Origin: Chrysomallon squamiferum
Taxonomy: Eukaryota > Animalia > Mollusca
Direction of reading: 5' to 3'
NCBI GenBank assembly: GCA_012295275.1
Contig: CM022676.1
Coordinates: 16,554,001 to 16,618,000 of the forward strand
DNA: 64,000 bases
Shown here: one piece after another, positions 1 to 13,773 of the stretch
Position numbering within the stretch: position 1 is the first letter of the stretch
How the letters are laid out: every line of letters begins with the position of its first letter
The notes under the pieces: generated by a model
What the model saw: the letters and a program-made list of their open reading frames with translations, nothing else
Told to the model about the DNA's origin: nothing
The model's database searches: none
Made by a program: the position numbers and the translations under genes

Positions 1-2417
1 ACATTTTGATGAAAATGTTTTATTGGAAGGATAATTTGGTAAGGAGTCCAAATGAGCCACTAGGCGGTAGGAACTACATTTTGGAATATTTTTACCTTTT
101 GCTCGACCTTGAAATGACTTCAATTGAAAATTAAAGTTCAAAGTGTTACCTACAACGCAAAATGTAATATTTTGAGTTTAATTGTGAAATGCACTTAAAA
201 TGAACATGCTGACCACACAATGTCTATTTTCACACTTTTAGAGATTAAATAATACAAAAAAGCACCAGGTTGCAATATTTTTAAAAAACTAAGATTATCA
301 AACTATAGATTTTAATTATTTTTTTTTTTTTTTAATTTTTTTTTTTTGTGTGTGTGGGGTATATATATATATAAACCGGTAAGAAAGAACCAACTAGAGG
401 ACTAGATGTAATAATCTCAAGAATAACAAAAAATTCAGCACAGAAATAATAAAATATATGTGTATGTATATGTTCTCTTGTTGTATCGTTCTTACTGGTT
501 TCTGGTAGTACAAATTAAATTACACAGCCACAGAATAAAAGAAAATTTAAAAAATTACAAAATACAATAACATCAAACAATTAAGCAGTATCAGTTTGTT
601 TATTTACCCGTAACAAGTTGCACGGCTTCTTTAAACTCTTTATCTTAATTTGACCCCTGTAAAGTGACACCTGATAACTTAAGAACCGTGACTTGCAAGT
701 TATGTGACTTCGATCACGTTCTCAAGAACAAACGAATACAAAACAACTTCAAACAGAAAGTTTTCATTTATAAAGTGTTCAACGACGATAAATGATGTTG
801 AGTAATGTCTAATAATAACTGAAGATGAATATGAAAATAACACTTAAATATTTTGTATTTAATAATTACTATTGACATCCGTATAGACATTCATATTCAC
901 ACGTCAAATTTTTTAATGACATTGTCTTCACGAAAGAGCGTGGCAAGCAATAGTCTATTATTATTTTGATAGGCTGTAATGTGCAGTTAACTTGTGTCAA
1001 TAACTTTAATTATAAATAAAATTTTAACTTCTTATTGTGTCTCCGGTGCAGATTCTTATTTTGTCTTGGTTCACCATATAACCTTACTCGTATCATTAAT
1101 CAAAATTACTTAAACATATGCTTTATGATTGTGTACTGTGTACATATCAAGACACCTGCATATCATAATTAAATAATTAACGTGAAAATTAACTTGCGTT
1201 GTGTTTATTTCTCTAGTGGGTAGATATACTTATTGATTTATATAAGTTGCTGACAATTTAGCGTTTGTATTCCTTGTTAAATCATCATGTTATCTTAGAC
1301 TGAACCTTAATAAAACATCCAAGGTGTTTAAAAGTGTGATTCCTGTCTCAACATGCATGCATATATATATATATATATGCATAAACATACAAATATATAT
1401 ATATAGTATTTTGTCCGTTAATTTAAAAAAAAAGGTTTAGCTAATTTGAATTTATTTTGAATTTTAAATATTCAGTGTGACGTGTTGTATGACCGTGTTG
1501 ATATTGTGTGATTAAAACGTTTCAGTGTTTCACTTCCAGGTCTTGCGCTGTTTTTGTATGTGATACAAAATTCGGCTTTATCATTTTTATATATATATTG
1601 TTTTTATTTATCTAAATTTAAGACCTCTTTACGTTTCCAGTCTGAAACTGATCCTAACTGAGTCACTGAAAAGTTTAATTTTCAACTGAACTGTTTGTTT
1701 CCAGCTGCTGCTGATTAAACTGAGATCGCTTGTCAGTGAAGAGATATTTTAGAGTATAAAAAAAAACAAAAAAACATGTCTTAGTTAAAATGCTTTATAT
1801 TCTGTGTTTATTCAAGCAGTGGTAAAGCTAAAATTAAATAATAAACACATTAATAACTTTTAATTAGTGCACATCTAAAGTTGAATTGTGTGGTCCTGTT
1901 AATCATTAGAATTGTCAATTATGCATAATATTTATTCTTAAAAAAAAAAATAAAAATAAAACAAAAAAAAAAGACTTTTATTTCTATCATATAAAAATTA
2001 TTACTCCAAACGACTTATACTGTGTTCATTCAAGAACTAATAAAACCAATCTTAAATCATAGACAACTGAATTATAATTAATTAATCCAATTATATAGTT
2101 GAATTATCTGATCCGGTTCAACATAACAATTTCCAAATATGTGCAGTATTACAATAATAAATGCGGATTGTTATTTCTGAAAAAGTAAATAGCTTTATCA
2201 CTATTTTCTGTCGTGACTTTGAATTTGCTAAATTAAAATATTGAAAAAAACAAAAAACAAAGAAGAAAACCGTACGTATTTTAAGCACAGAACTTAGGCT
2301 TTAAGAAATATTTTGTAATATGGAATAAACGCATCGGTGTGAATTATTATTTCATTAATTATATATTAACCATGGCTGTGTCAGTTCATATTGAAACCTT
2401 TCAGTATTTCATCATCA

Positions 2418-2473
<56 letters not shown>

Positions 2474-2693
2474 GTGGTTTCATTAAAATAACTATAATAA
2501 AAATCCTTGTTTATGACACAAATGTTCGATGTTGGTATCTACAACAACGCCAAGATATGATGGTATCTGTATTATACACTAACAAATATCTTTGTAAATG
2601 AAAATTAGCATAGTTCAGGATATACTGTTTTCTTTCTGAATAACTAGCACTATTATAATTGACTGATCATATATAAACCTGTTATTATTTCAG

Positions 2694-2838
2694 TACCCGT
2701 AAGGTTAGTGAATGGAAGAGGAAAACCAGCACAAGGTCGAGTTGAGATTCAAGTAAACGGGACGTGGGGAACAATCTGTGATGATGATTTTGATGAGAAA
2801 GATGCTTCTGTCTTATGTCACATGTTAGGATTTAGTCG
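2694..2838 (+). CDS. SRCR domain exon A (N-terminal half) of an upstream receptor paralogue, truncated by the assembly gap
   Basis: tttcag acceptor, 145 nt, GT donor at 2839; encodes [48 protein letters not shown], a classic SRCR start (RLV-G...GRVEI...WGTICDD). Confidence 0.93.
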
Positions 2839-3293
2839 GTACTTTGTTTATTATATTTTTATTTATTTATTTTCGTTGTTTAATGAAACAAAAAAAACAA
2901 AAAAAAAAAAAAAACGTCTTTTTACAGATGTAGTAGATTCAAATTTGTTCACAACCAGAAGATAATTAATTGTTGTTCAAATGCATTACACGAGGAATTC
3001 CTCTGGATGGGATTTTTAACATTTCAAATATTTTTTATAAGAAATAATGATAACTGTAGTAGTCGTAGTATTATTATTAATACTATTATTATTAGTCGGA
3101 GTAGTAGTAAATGTAAATAATGATGTTGATTATATTTACACTATGTTAAAGGTATTATTGTAACAAACATTGTTCACTAAAATTGTTTTGAAATAATTTA
3201 GAAAATAAGTATATTATTCTGAAAACCTTGGAACTAAATGCCAGTGTGTTGAACACTTTTCCACAGAATATTCCATAATATTTATTATACTTA

Positions 3294-3493
3294 NNNNNNN
3301 NNNNNNNNNNNNNNNNNNNNNNNNNNNNNNNNNNNNNNNNNNNNNNNNNNNNNNNNNNNNNNNNNNNNNNNNNNNNNNNNNNNNNNNNNNNNNNNNNNNN
3401 NNNNNNNNNNNNNNNNNNNNNNNNNNNNNNNNNNNNNNNNNNNNNNNNNNNNNNNNNNNNNNNNNNNNNNNNNNNNNNNNNNNNNNNNNNNNN
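3294..3493. other. Assembly gap of 200 N
   Basis: Run of exactly 200 n; a round number suggests a scaffold join of unknown true size. Confidence 0.99.
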
Positions 3494-3849
3494 AAAGAAG
3501 CAATAGTTATTTCTAAAAATAAATCCGCCCTTAAATTTGATCTGATTACTGATTCGTTAAATAAAATCATTCAAAAAAATGTACGTTTTTGAAGAAGAGA
3601 ACTTGTTGGCCAAATAGGTATCTACTTGTGGAAGAAATTTAAATATTTTGAAAAAATGGAATAAACACATCGGTCTGTATTATTATTTCAGTAACTATAT
3701 GCTTAACCACGGTGTATCAGTACATTTAAACCTTCAGTACATCATCGCCATCATAATCATCATCATCATCGTAATTATGATATTTGTGTATATAGTGTTT
3801 CTTTCTCATGAAACTGCACTGTTCTAACTCACTGACTGTCATACATATT

Positions 3850-4600
3850 ATTAGAAAATAACTGCATTACTTCCAAACAAAACAAGCATGAAATATAGAA
3901 AATAAATTTGAACAAAACAAGTACAATTAGAAAATATACGGATTAATGTTAAACAAGAACGATGTATTAGAAATATACAGCGATACTTTTAAACAAAACG
4001 TATGATTAGGAAACATACAGGATACCTTTGAACAAATATATATTGTTAGAAAATAACAAGGATAAGGTTAAACAAAGACATCATACTAGAAAATGATCAC
4101 TGAAACTTTAAACAAAAACGTATTATTAGAAAATATACAGGGCAATTTTAAACAAAAATGTATTATTAGAATACACAGTGAAACTTTATACAAAAACATA
4201 TTATTAGGAGTATATACAGGACAACTTTAAACAACAAGGTAATATTCGAAAATACATGTGATAAATATATTGTTGGAAAATAAAAAGGAAAACGTTAAAC
4301 AGGATAACTTTAAACAAGAATGTACTATTAAAGAACAACAGGGTAACTTTTAACAAAAACTTATTATTAGACGTGTACAGTGAAACTTTATACTGAAAAG
4401 TATTGTTAGGAATATATACATGTTAACTTTAAAAAAAATAGTATTATCAGAAAAGGCTAACGTTAAACAGAAACGTTTTATTAGAAGCATAGGGTGAAAC
4501 ATTATTACTAAATATATAGGATAACTTTAAACAAAAACGCGTAGTTAGAAAATATATATGATGAATTATAACCGAAACGCATTATTAGAAAATAAATATA
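3850..4600. repeat. Degenerate ~40-bp tandem repeat (aaacaaaaacgtattattagaaaatatacagggtaacttt)
   Basis: Recurrent ctttaaacaaaaacgtattattagaaa motif at 39-41 bp spacing; same family as 30710-32830 and 56380-57130. Confidence 0.9.
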
Positions 4601-4704
4601 TATCAGTGGTTGTATGTCTATGTCCTTATATATAATACGTATACGTCTACGTATCAAAATATTAAATGAAATTGATAATTATGATTACTTGTTGTCTTTC
4701 TTCT

Positions 4705-5035
4705 TTATTTTTCTCTGCTCATTTGGTGACTACTTCTTCTGTCACTGTTAAATGCTTCGTTTCTTTTTCCCATCACAGTGTCGTCTCTATCAGGTGAATC
4801 CAGTCTGGAGATTCTGTCTGAGTTTCCTTGGATATAATCCCTGTCTGTGTTCGTTACTCGATAATCCAGTTCTAATATAATTTTCGGATGATCCGTCAAT
4901 TTCTTTCCTCCTCGATAATAGGTGCAAGTTTTTTTTTGCCTAATGCAATTCTTGGGTTTAGTTCCTATGGGATAAGTCCTGAATTTATTTCCTTGATAAT
5001 AGCTGTGAAATTTTGTTCTAGGATAATCCTTTGTT
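4705..5035 (-). pseudogene. Orphan fragment paralogous to the sequence at the 3' end of the ZNFX1-like locus
   Basis: ORF TDHPKIILELDYRVTNTDRDYIQGNS matches the minus-strand translation of about 33190-33262 (TDYPKITSELDYRVTDTDRDYIQEKS) and sits next to the same 40-bp satellite in the same order. Confidence 0.7.
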
Positions 5036-7688
5036 TCAATTAACGGACACTGAACTCACCTTTGTGGTCATTAGGCATAGGATCAGAGTCATGATCACTG
5101 AAATCTTTGAACTTACGTTTTACTTTCTTACCACGTCATCTTGAAATGACCTCACACTACAAAAGTTGCAGAATCTATAGACTTTTTGAGTTCAGTAGTA
5201 AAATATACGTAATAGAGACGTGCTCACAACAAACTTTCCATTTTTACGCTTTTTTTAGTGATTTAATATACACACATGTCATGAGGTTACACTATTATTG
5301 TTGGTTGCAGCTTATGTTATTGTATTTCATTGTTATATTACGGCTAAAATATAATGTGGTGAAGTTAAATTGTATTCTTAGTTTACTTGGGGAATTTGAC
5401 CTGGAATGAAACTCTGTCATATTTTATTACATTCTTTGTTGCTTACTCTTGAGATTATCATGTCTACTCCTCTAACTTCACCTTCCTTACTGGTTTATGT
5501 AAATGCACATTAAATTACACAGCCGTAGAACAAGACAAAAAAATGTCATGTACAACCAAACAAATATGATGTGATACCGAAGAACTGTGATTTAGAAGAT
5601 AAATCACGAGCAAAAGATTTTGGTCAACAAGAAAAATTAACCCAGCAATAGTAGTGTAGAACCTCATTTTGCTCTTGAACTTATTATTATTACTTTTGTA
5701 GTGTTCATAATTGATGTTTGTGACATACATGTGTATATATATATGTATATTGAGAATCTGCTGGATGATATGGTCTAACGCTTTAGCAATTTGTGTTAGG
5801 ATACTAAATCCAAGATGGCCGCCGTATAATCTATATTCCTCATAATCTGATAGAACAGTACGATATGATGAAAAATCGTTTTTATTTGTTTTAGAAATCG
5901 TAATTAGCTACACCATATGGTGAATTCCCTGTGAAAAAGATATATAAAATCAAGCTTTGAGAAGGTGCAATAACTACTTTGGCTCTTTCGTCCCGCGTTT
6001 TTTTCTTTTTTCTTGTTTGGTGCGAATATGAACCGGCAAGAAGGAAATCTGTTTCTGGAAAAAATAGGACTTTTCGAGACAGAACGTGGCTGCAGAACCC
6101 GTGATTACCTTCGATCTAAACAGAAGACTGGAGAATCGCTGAAACTTTTCTCATAAGTAATAAGGGTTTGGCTCTGAGATTTAGTAATATATTATGATCA
6201 TTTCGCTGTCAATTTTCTCATTAAACAGGTTTCAACTAAATGATTCTGTATTTTAATAGGTTTCGAAATATTTCGTTTGGTTATTTTTTTAATTTTTTTA
6301 CTATAAATGTATTTCGGAGGTAATATATCTCTTTCTTCTGTTTGTTACTGTGCTATTTATTTAACGGTTGAAGGTGGCATTATCAGTGATAGTATTAGTT
6401 GTTAGATTATCGTTTTATTTATTTTTCTTTTCTTCAATTATTATTATTACTATTATTATTATTATTTTATTTTCTAATTTTGGTTCAGTGTGCGCTTTTC
6501 TATGATAGTGTTTAAGTTGTATATATATATAAAGTTTGACATGTGGAAGTAACTAAACTATGCTTTAGATTCTGAATGATTGACATTTTCTATTATTATT
6601 ATTAGTAGTAGTAGTAGCAGCAGTAGTAGTAGTATCAGCGTTATTATTTTTGCTATCATCCTCTTTATTACACCTATTGTTACTGAAGAGTTACAGTAAT
6701 GTACGTTCTGACAATATAGACAAATGCAAACCATATTTATGCCTATGTCTACACTTATGCGCAGACAGTGCATTAACAATGAACTATTCAGAGCGTCTTA
6801 AATAAAATCCGGTAATACCTTTCTTGTCTCGTCATACACTATTTTTAGTCTGATCTATATAACAAATAAAAACACTCTTGCTAAACTGGTCACGCGAGTG
6901 TGATTTGAGCATTGTGTATTAGGAGGTTAGATCAGTTTCAGTCGAATGACTATTTTTTATGGCTTACGTAACAGTTTAGTTTGGTTTATTTTGCCGTGTG
7001 TAATTACAATTGTATTTCGGAAAAAAAACAAAAAAAAAACAACAACTGATAAACGAATCGACTTTTACGTTTTTCCTGTCTTATATTTGTAATGGATAAA
7101 AATAGGTCATATATATTACTGTTGTTGTTGTTGTTATCGTTGTCGTTGTTACTTTTGGTAGGTTTTCCAAGTAATTTATTATTATTATTTTTTTTTCAAT
7201 GTGGTGGTATAACGTTTGTGATATGTTATATTTTGTTGTTTCTCGCTAAAGTGGAAAAATACTTTCTATTAATTGTGAGTTATCCGCTGCTACAGCATTT
7301 ATTTGATATACTGCTTCTTGATGTCCAGCAGAGCGGAATGTTTGACTGATTCAGAAAAGATTCGAAAAACCAGTTTGCAATAAACTGTTGGCAAACATCG
7401 AGCAGACCTACTTTGGCGTGTGATTTACAATTGAAAGGAAATGTCAGTTTATAGCAGATACGTGAAGTTATACTTTAACAGTACGATACAAATATAAGAA
7501 CGTTTTCTTCCAGGCTGCTTGGTCATTAAGAAATGTATAATAAAACTCCAAGAATGAAAAACACAATAATACAAATAAACACGTAGAATTTGTAGGTAGC
7601 GCGTAGATCACACACTGAAGTTTTTCCCCTTTTGCACTCCATTCATCGATACAATTATTCCTTGCACTTATAAATTATAATATATAAT

Positions 7689-7725
<37 letters not shown>

Positions 7726-7920
7726 ATAAAATAAATAATAATTAAAATAAGGAAGTAGAATTTGCTGGTTGAAGAATAATCGCGTAGATTACACACCAAA
7801 GATTTTCTTGCGTTTCTAGCAGATGTTGGCTGAAAACACTGATAAACTTATTAACGTTTTGAGCTCAGTTAATCGATACATTATAAATATATAATAAAAA
7901 ACCAAGAATAAATAAACAAA

Positions 7921-7972
<52 letters not shown>

Positions 7973-10196
7973 CTTAAAAAAACCGTGAATAATTTGTTTC
8001 GATTTATAAGACTAGATTATTATTATTATTATTATTATTATTTGATTTTCACGGTCAACGAAGGGAAACCTGATTTGCTATTTAATTTTCTGAAATACTC
8101 TCCACCTATGCCTCTTTTCATGATTTCAATTTCCTATGAATATAATTCTTTGAATATCATTGCCAAATGCATTTTACTGCTGTTCAGAGCTGTCTAATAA
8201 TAACGGAAGAAGAAGAAGAAGAAGAAGAAGAAGAAGAAGAAGAAAAAGAAGAAGAAGAAGAAGAGGAAGATCAAGATAACATTCAACTATAATGTTTATG
8301 ATTTAAACTTGCTATGAATTTAATTCACGAAATTTGAATATGTAATGTATTTCACTGCTGTTTCGATAAACGATGTTCTGTCCCGTCTATTAATAACTGA
8401 AGAAGATGAAGAAAACATCGCTGAAATAATTAAATGTATCTAATTACATTTATTCTTTTTTCTTCATTTTTGTTATAGTGTATTGTTGTTGTCGTTGTCT
8501 TTCTAGTTATTATTATTATTATTATTCAGCAGTTGCTATAATTTATCTTGAATGTTGATAAACGTAAATGTTTTCTACTTTCCTATTTATTTCTCCACTT
8601 AAGCGCAGGTATTGTATTAACAATACATTTTTCAGATAATAGTTAGTAAGATCCAGGTATACCTCTGTGTATTTCGTGCAGCAGTCACAGACTATTTTTA
8701 TTTGACATAAATAAGCAGCAAATATGTACTTGCTATATTGGTTATGCGGGTATCGTTTCAGCATCATTACAAATCTGAAAAACGAAAATAACGTTATGAA
8801 ATCATCTCTACGTAAGCTGTAACGTTCTGTAACATGTAAAAGACAAAAAATAATCAATAAATAAATAAATAATAAAAAGTAAAACAAAGACAAATAACAT
8901 TAACCTAAAACAGTCCTATGCATATTGAGAATCTCGAAACCGGAATGTACGAAACGGCTATTTTGCTCCGAGAAATATCAGAAAACTTCTCTCCAGTCAG
9001 TGTTTCACAAGTATAAACCATTATCATTCGTTTAGCTTGGACGAACAGTCGCTACATTTTAACAGAATTAATGTCTGAGAGTCATCCCTATTATTAAGTG
9101 TGAATCAAATCTAATTATTAACTTTTGTTTGTTTGTTCGTTGATGGAATGCACAATAGTTGTATATATAATCCGACAATGTGCACAGTTGGTTTAAGTTA
9201 GCTATCCGATTACAAAATACCTGTATTATATGTTTACGCTGCGAGAAACAATTCATACAATTTTATATGTTTTGTTGTTTTTGTTGTTTTTTTCACGTCT
9301 GTGTGACTTATTAGTGCCTCTTTGCCAGACTTATTTTTAGGTGTAATTTTGTTTTCTGTGTAGTGAATTATATATAATATTCACAAAACACTTATTTTAT
9401 ATGCCCATTTAAAGTAGAATGTCTGATACATTTTATATTATGTAAGGTATGATATTACACTAACATTTATTGATCTATAGTGTATATTATGTTTATAAAC
9501 TCATTTTCTAACGGTTCTTCAATGTTTACCTAATTAGTGTCAGAAAATGGGGGCAACTACGCATCATAATGATTATGATTATGATTATTATTAGTTGTAG
9601 TAGTAGTATTATTATCGTCACGATCATTTCCATTATTATATCATAGTATTTACTGATTATCGTACCACAGTATCTTTGAAAGCAGTGTTCCACTAGCAGC
9701 TTTTGACACTTATTACATTTTCTGACTTTAAATTTATTATTATTATTATTTTTGATCAGACCATTGGCACAAAACGCCTGTATATCAGAACTTATTATTT
9801 ATTTGATAATTTCATTTACTAATCCCAAAATAAAGTTGAATTATCTCATACTATTGACCTCAGCGATTGTAAAAGAAGGAGAGTACTACTTAACAGTTAA
9901 AAAGTCATATGTCTGTGCACGGGTGTATCTGTATATAATTTCAGCTTTTCAGTACGTGATTATGAGAAATATTAGTTGCCGATATTTATGGCAACACTAG
10001 AGATAGAGCGACATCTTTATTTTACCCAACTTTATGTTTATTACCGAATATCTGTTACATAATTTTCTTTACAGGGTAAATATCATATGTGAGTATGTAC
10101 ATGTTTGTTTGTTGTTTGTTTTTTTGCTCTTGTTTTTTATTAAATAAAACTTACTATTGTTATTTACAGATCATATATAAAAAGTTATTATTTCAG

Positions 10197-10341
10197 TACC
10201 AGTACGGTTAGTAAATGGAGGAGGAAAACCAACACAAGGTCGAGTTGAGATTCAAGTAAACGGGACGTGGGGAACAATCTGTGATGATGATTTTGATGAG
10301 AAAGATGCTTCTGTTTTATGTCACATGTTAGGATTTAGTCG
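10197..10341 (+). CDS. SRCR1 exon A
   Basis: tttcag|TACCAGTACGG...AGTCG|gtaatt, 145 nt, phase 1 to 2; [32 protein letters not shown]. Confidence 0.95.
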
Positions 10342-11947
10342 GTAATTTGTTTATTATATTTGTATTTATTTATTTTTGTTATTTAATGAAATAAAATTCA
10401 AAAGTATTTTTACAGACATAGTAGATTCAGATATACTCACAACCAGAAGATAACGAATTGTTGTTCAAATACATTACACGCGAAATTCCTCTCGATGGAA
10501 TTTTTCACATTTCAAATATGTTTGTAGGAAATAATGATAATTATAGTAGCTGTAGTATTAGTAGTAGTATTAGTAGTAGTAGAAGTAGTAGTAGTAGTAG
10601 TAGTAGAAGAAGTAGTAGTAGTAGTAAATGTATATAATGCTGCTAAGTATATTTACACTATATTAATGGTATTACTGTATCAAACATTGTCCATTAAAAT
10701 TGTTTCGAAATAATTTAGAAAATAAGTATATTCTTCCGAAAACCTTAGAAATAAACGCACGTCTACAGAATACTTTTCCAAGAAATTTTTCATAATATTT
10801 ATTTTATTCATTGTATTTACTTATTATACAAAAATAATAATAATAAGAAGACGAAGAAGAAGAAGAAGAAGAAGAAGAAGAAGAAGAAGAAGAAGAAGAA
10901 GAAGAAGAAGAAGAAGAAGAAAAAGGAAAAAGATGAAGAAAAACAAGAAGAATAAAGAAAAAACACAAAAAATAGCAGTAATGATGATAAACGATCGTAT
11001 TTCATTTAGGATATTTAAACTATCTTTTCAGTATCAACGCATTGTTTCATTAAACATTGTTGGAATCACATAGAAAGTAATAACTTTCTTCTCAAAACTT
11101 TGACACTAAAATGAGATGTGTTGAAGATGTTTAGTAAACCATGCTCTATAATACTCATTTCACTGTACATATTATTCATTTCTTTTGAAGGTTTAGTGCA
11201 ACATCATATCAAAGTGCTCACTTTGGACAAGGAACTGGACCAATATGGGTTGATGATCTGAGATGTGATGGAGATGAAGACAGTGTTGAAAAGTGTTCAT
11301 TTCCTGGCTGGGGAAAACACAACTGTGTTCACAGGGAGGATGCTGGTATCAGCTGTCAATGTCAGTTTACATTTGACTTTTTATTTCATTGTGTATCAAT
11401 AACACAATGTTTTAACTTGCTGGCATCAAAATTATAATTCGTGTGTTTAATGGTGTTGTACTGAAGTGTGTATCTATCTTTATTTGCTTTTAGTAATAAC
11501 TGAAACCAAAAAAATAATTAATAATATCAGGATTGGAAAAAGTAGTCAACTGAAAAGCTAGGTTTAAAATAACCTGAATTCATATGAGATATATTAATGT
11601 TGCAGTTATTCGTATTTATTAGTTACTTTTCTTGTTTGTTTGCTTGTTGTTGTTTATTGGTTTCCTTGTTTGACAGTTTGATTATTTGTAATTCATGTAA
11701 GACTTAGCATAGGCATCAAAGCTAAACATATACCATTAAGCTGCTTATAACAGAGGAAACTCATCAGTGAACGTTTACAGATTATTCTTGTTGACTGGCG
11801 TATAAATAGGAAAATAAAGTTGGTAAGGGACGAAACAGCTTATATGAAATTTTCAGAAGAAATATATTATTAATCGATTACTAAATCGATTTTCTCAAGA
11901 AGAAATAAACATGGAGAGTTACTGAAAATAACATCAGAAAAAACTTA

Positions 11948-11982
<35 letters not shown>

Positions 11983-12898
11983 AATAATAACAATCATAAT
12001 AATAATACTAATAATAATAACAATAATAATAATGATAATAATAATAATAGTACTCTTTAATAATTTTAAACACTAGCCTTCCTTCAGAATGTAATGAAAT
12101 TTGAAGAAATCCACTGTCGTAATGGTATTGTAAAAATAGCACATGTAAACTGGAACGTAAGTTTGGAATTTTATAGTATTTTGTTTATGTTTTCAGTATG
12201 TCTCAGGCTAGTCAATAGTGGAGGTATTTCAACACAGGGTCGAGTTCAGATCAAACTTAACGATATATGTGGCACTAATAAAGCTAAACTTAAATATTTG
12301 ACATATTAAAAACTTTTAATTAATGCACTGATAAAGATTAATTGTCTGGTTCTGTTAATCATAATAATTGTCAATTATGCATAATATTTATAAAAAAAAT
12401 AAAATAAAAAACGACTGTTAGTTCTATCAAATAAAAGATCATGTCACTACTTTCTATGCTGATTATACATTAAAGTAGAAAATACCTAATTTAAAAAGAA
12501 AATGAATTATTTCTTCAAACGATTTATACTGTGTGTTCATTCAAGTACTAATAAAGTCAAACTTAAATCTTAGACCACTGAATTATCTGATCCTGTTCAA
12601 CATAACAATTGCCAAATATGTACCGTATTACAATAATAAAAGCAGATTGTTATTTCTGAAAAGAAAATAGCTTTACCACTATTTTCTATTCTGACTTTGG
12701 ATTTGCTAAATTAAAATACTGAGAAAAAGAGAAACATATGTATTTTAAAACGAGATCTTAGAAGTAAAGTGGTATGCAGTGGTGGAAGAAATTAAATATT
12801 TTTGGAAAACGGAATAAACGCATCGGTGTGAATTATTATTTAATTAATTCTCTATTAACCATGGCTGTGTCAGTTCATATTGAAGCCTTTAAGTATTG

Positions 12899-12964
<66 letters not shown>

Positions 12965-13718
12965 TATTCTGTTTTCATTAAAATAACTATAATCAAAATC
13001 CTTGTTAATCATACAGATGTTCGATGTTGGTATTTATAACAGCGCCAAAGATATGACGGTGTCTGTATTATACTTCTTTTTTTTCTTTCTGAATAATTAG
13101 CACTATTATAAATGACTGATCATATATAACCCTGTTATTATTTCAGTACCAGTACGGTTAGTGAATGGGAGAGGAATACCAGCACAAGGTCGAGTTGAGA
13201 TTCAAGTAAACGGGACGTGGGGAACAATCTGTGATGATGATTTTGATGAGAAAGATGCTTCTGTTTTATGTCACATGTTAGGATTTAGTCGGTAATCTGT
13301 TTATTGCATTTGTATTTATTTATTTTTGTTGTTTTTATAGACGTAGTAGATTCAAATTTACTCACAAACATAAGATAATTAATTGTTCTTCAAATATATT
13401 ATACACGAAATTCCTCTTGATGGGATGTTCAACATTTTAAATATGTTTGTAAGAAATAATGATAATTGTAGTAGTTGTAGTATTAGTATAAGCATTAGTA
13501 GTAGTAGTAAATGTATATAAAGCTTTTGATTATATTTACACTATATTAATGGTATTATTATATCAAACGTTGTGCATTAAATTTGTTTAGAAATAATTTA
13601 TAAAATAAATATATTCTTCCGAAAACCTTAGAACTAAATGCACGTCTGTTGAACACTTTTCCAAAGAATATTTTATAAAATTTAATTTACTCTACTTTTC
13701 ATTCATTGCATTACTCAT

Positions 13719-13773
<55 letters not shown>

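Larger units (their letters stand above)
3494..11489 (+). repeat. Segmental duplication, copy 1 (near-identical to 56014-64000)
   Basis: Line-by-line match and duplicated ORF-track entries (4705/57242, 7985/60520, 8543/61077, 9068/61602); offset about 52.5 kb. Confidence 0.97.

Noticed and set aside
57-69. CTCF-like CCACTAGGCGGTA, and YY1-like AAGATGGCCGCC at about 5812, 45186 and 58344
   Set aside because: Single short motifs, one imperfect and the others inside duplicated blocks; no independent support
3214-3570. ORFs spanning the N run
   Set aside because: Artefacts of translating the gap
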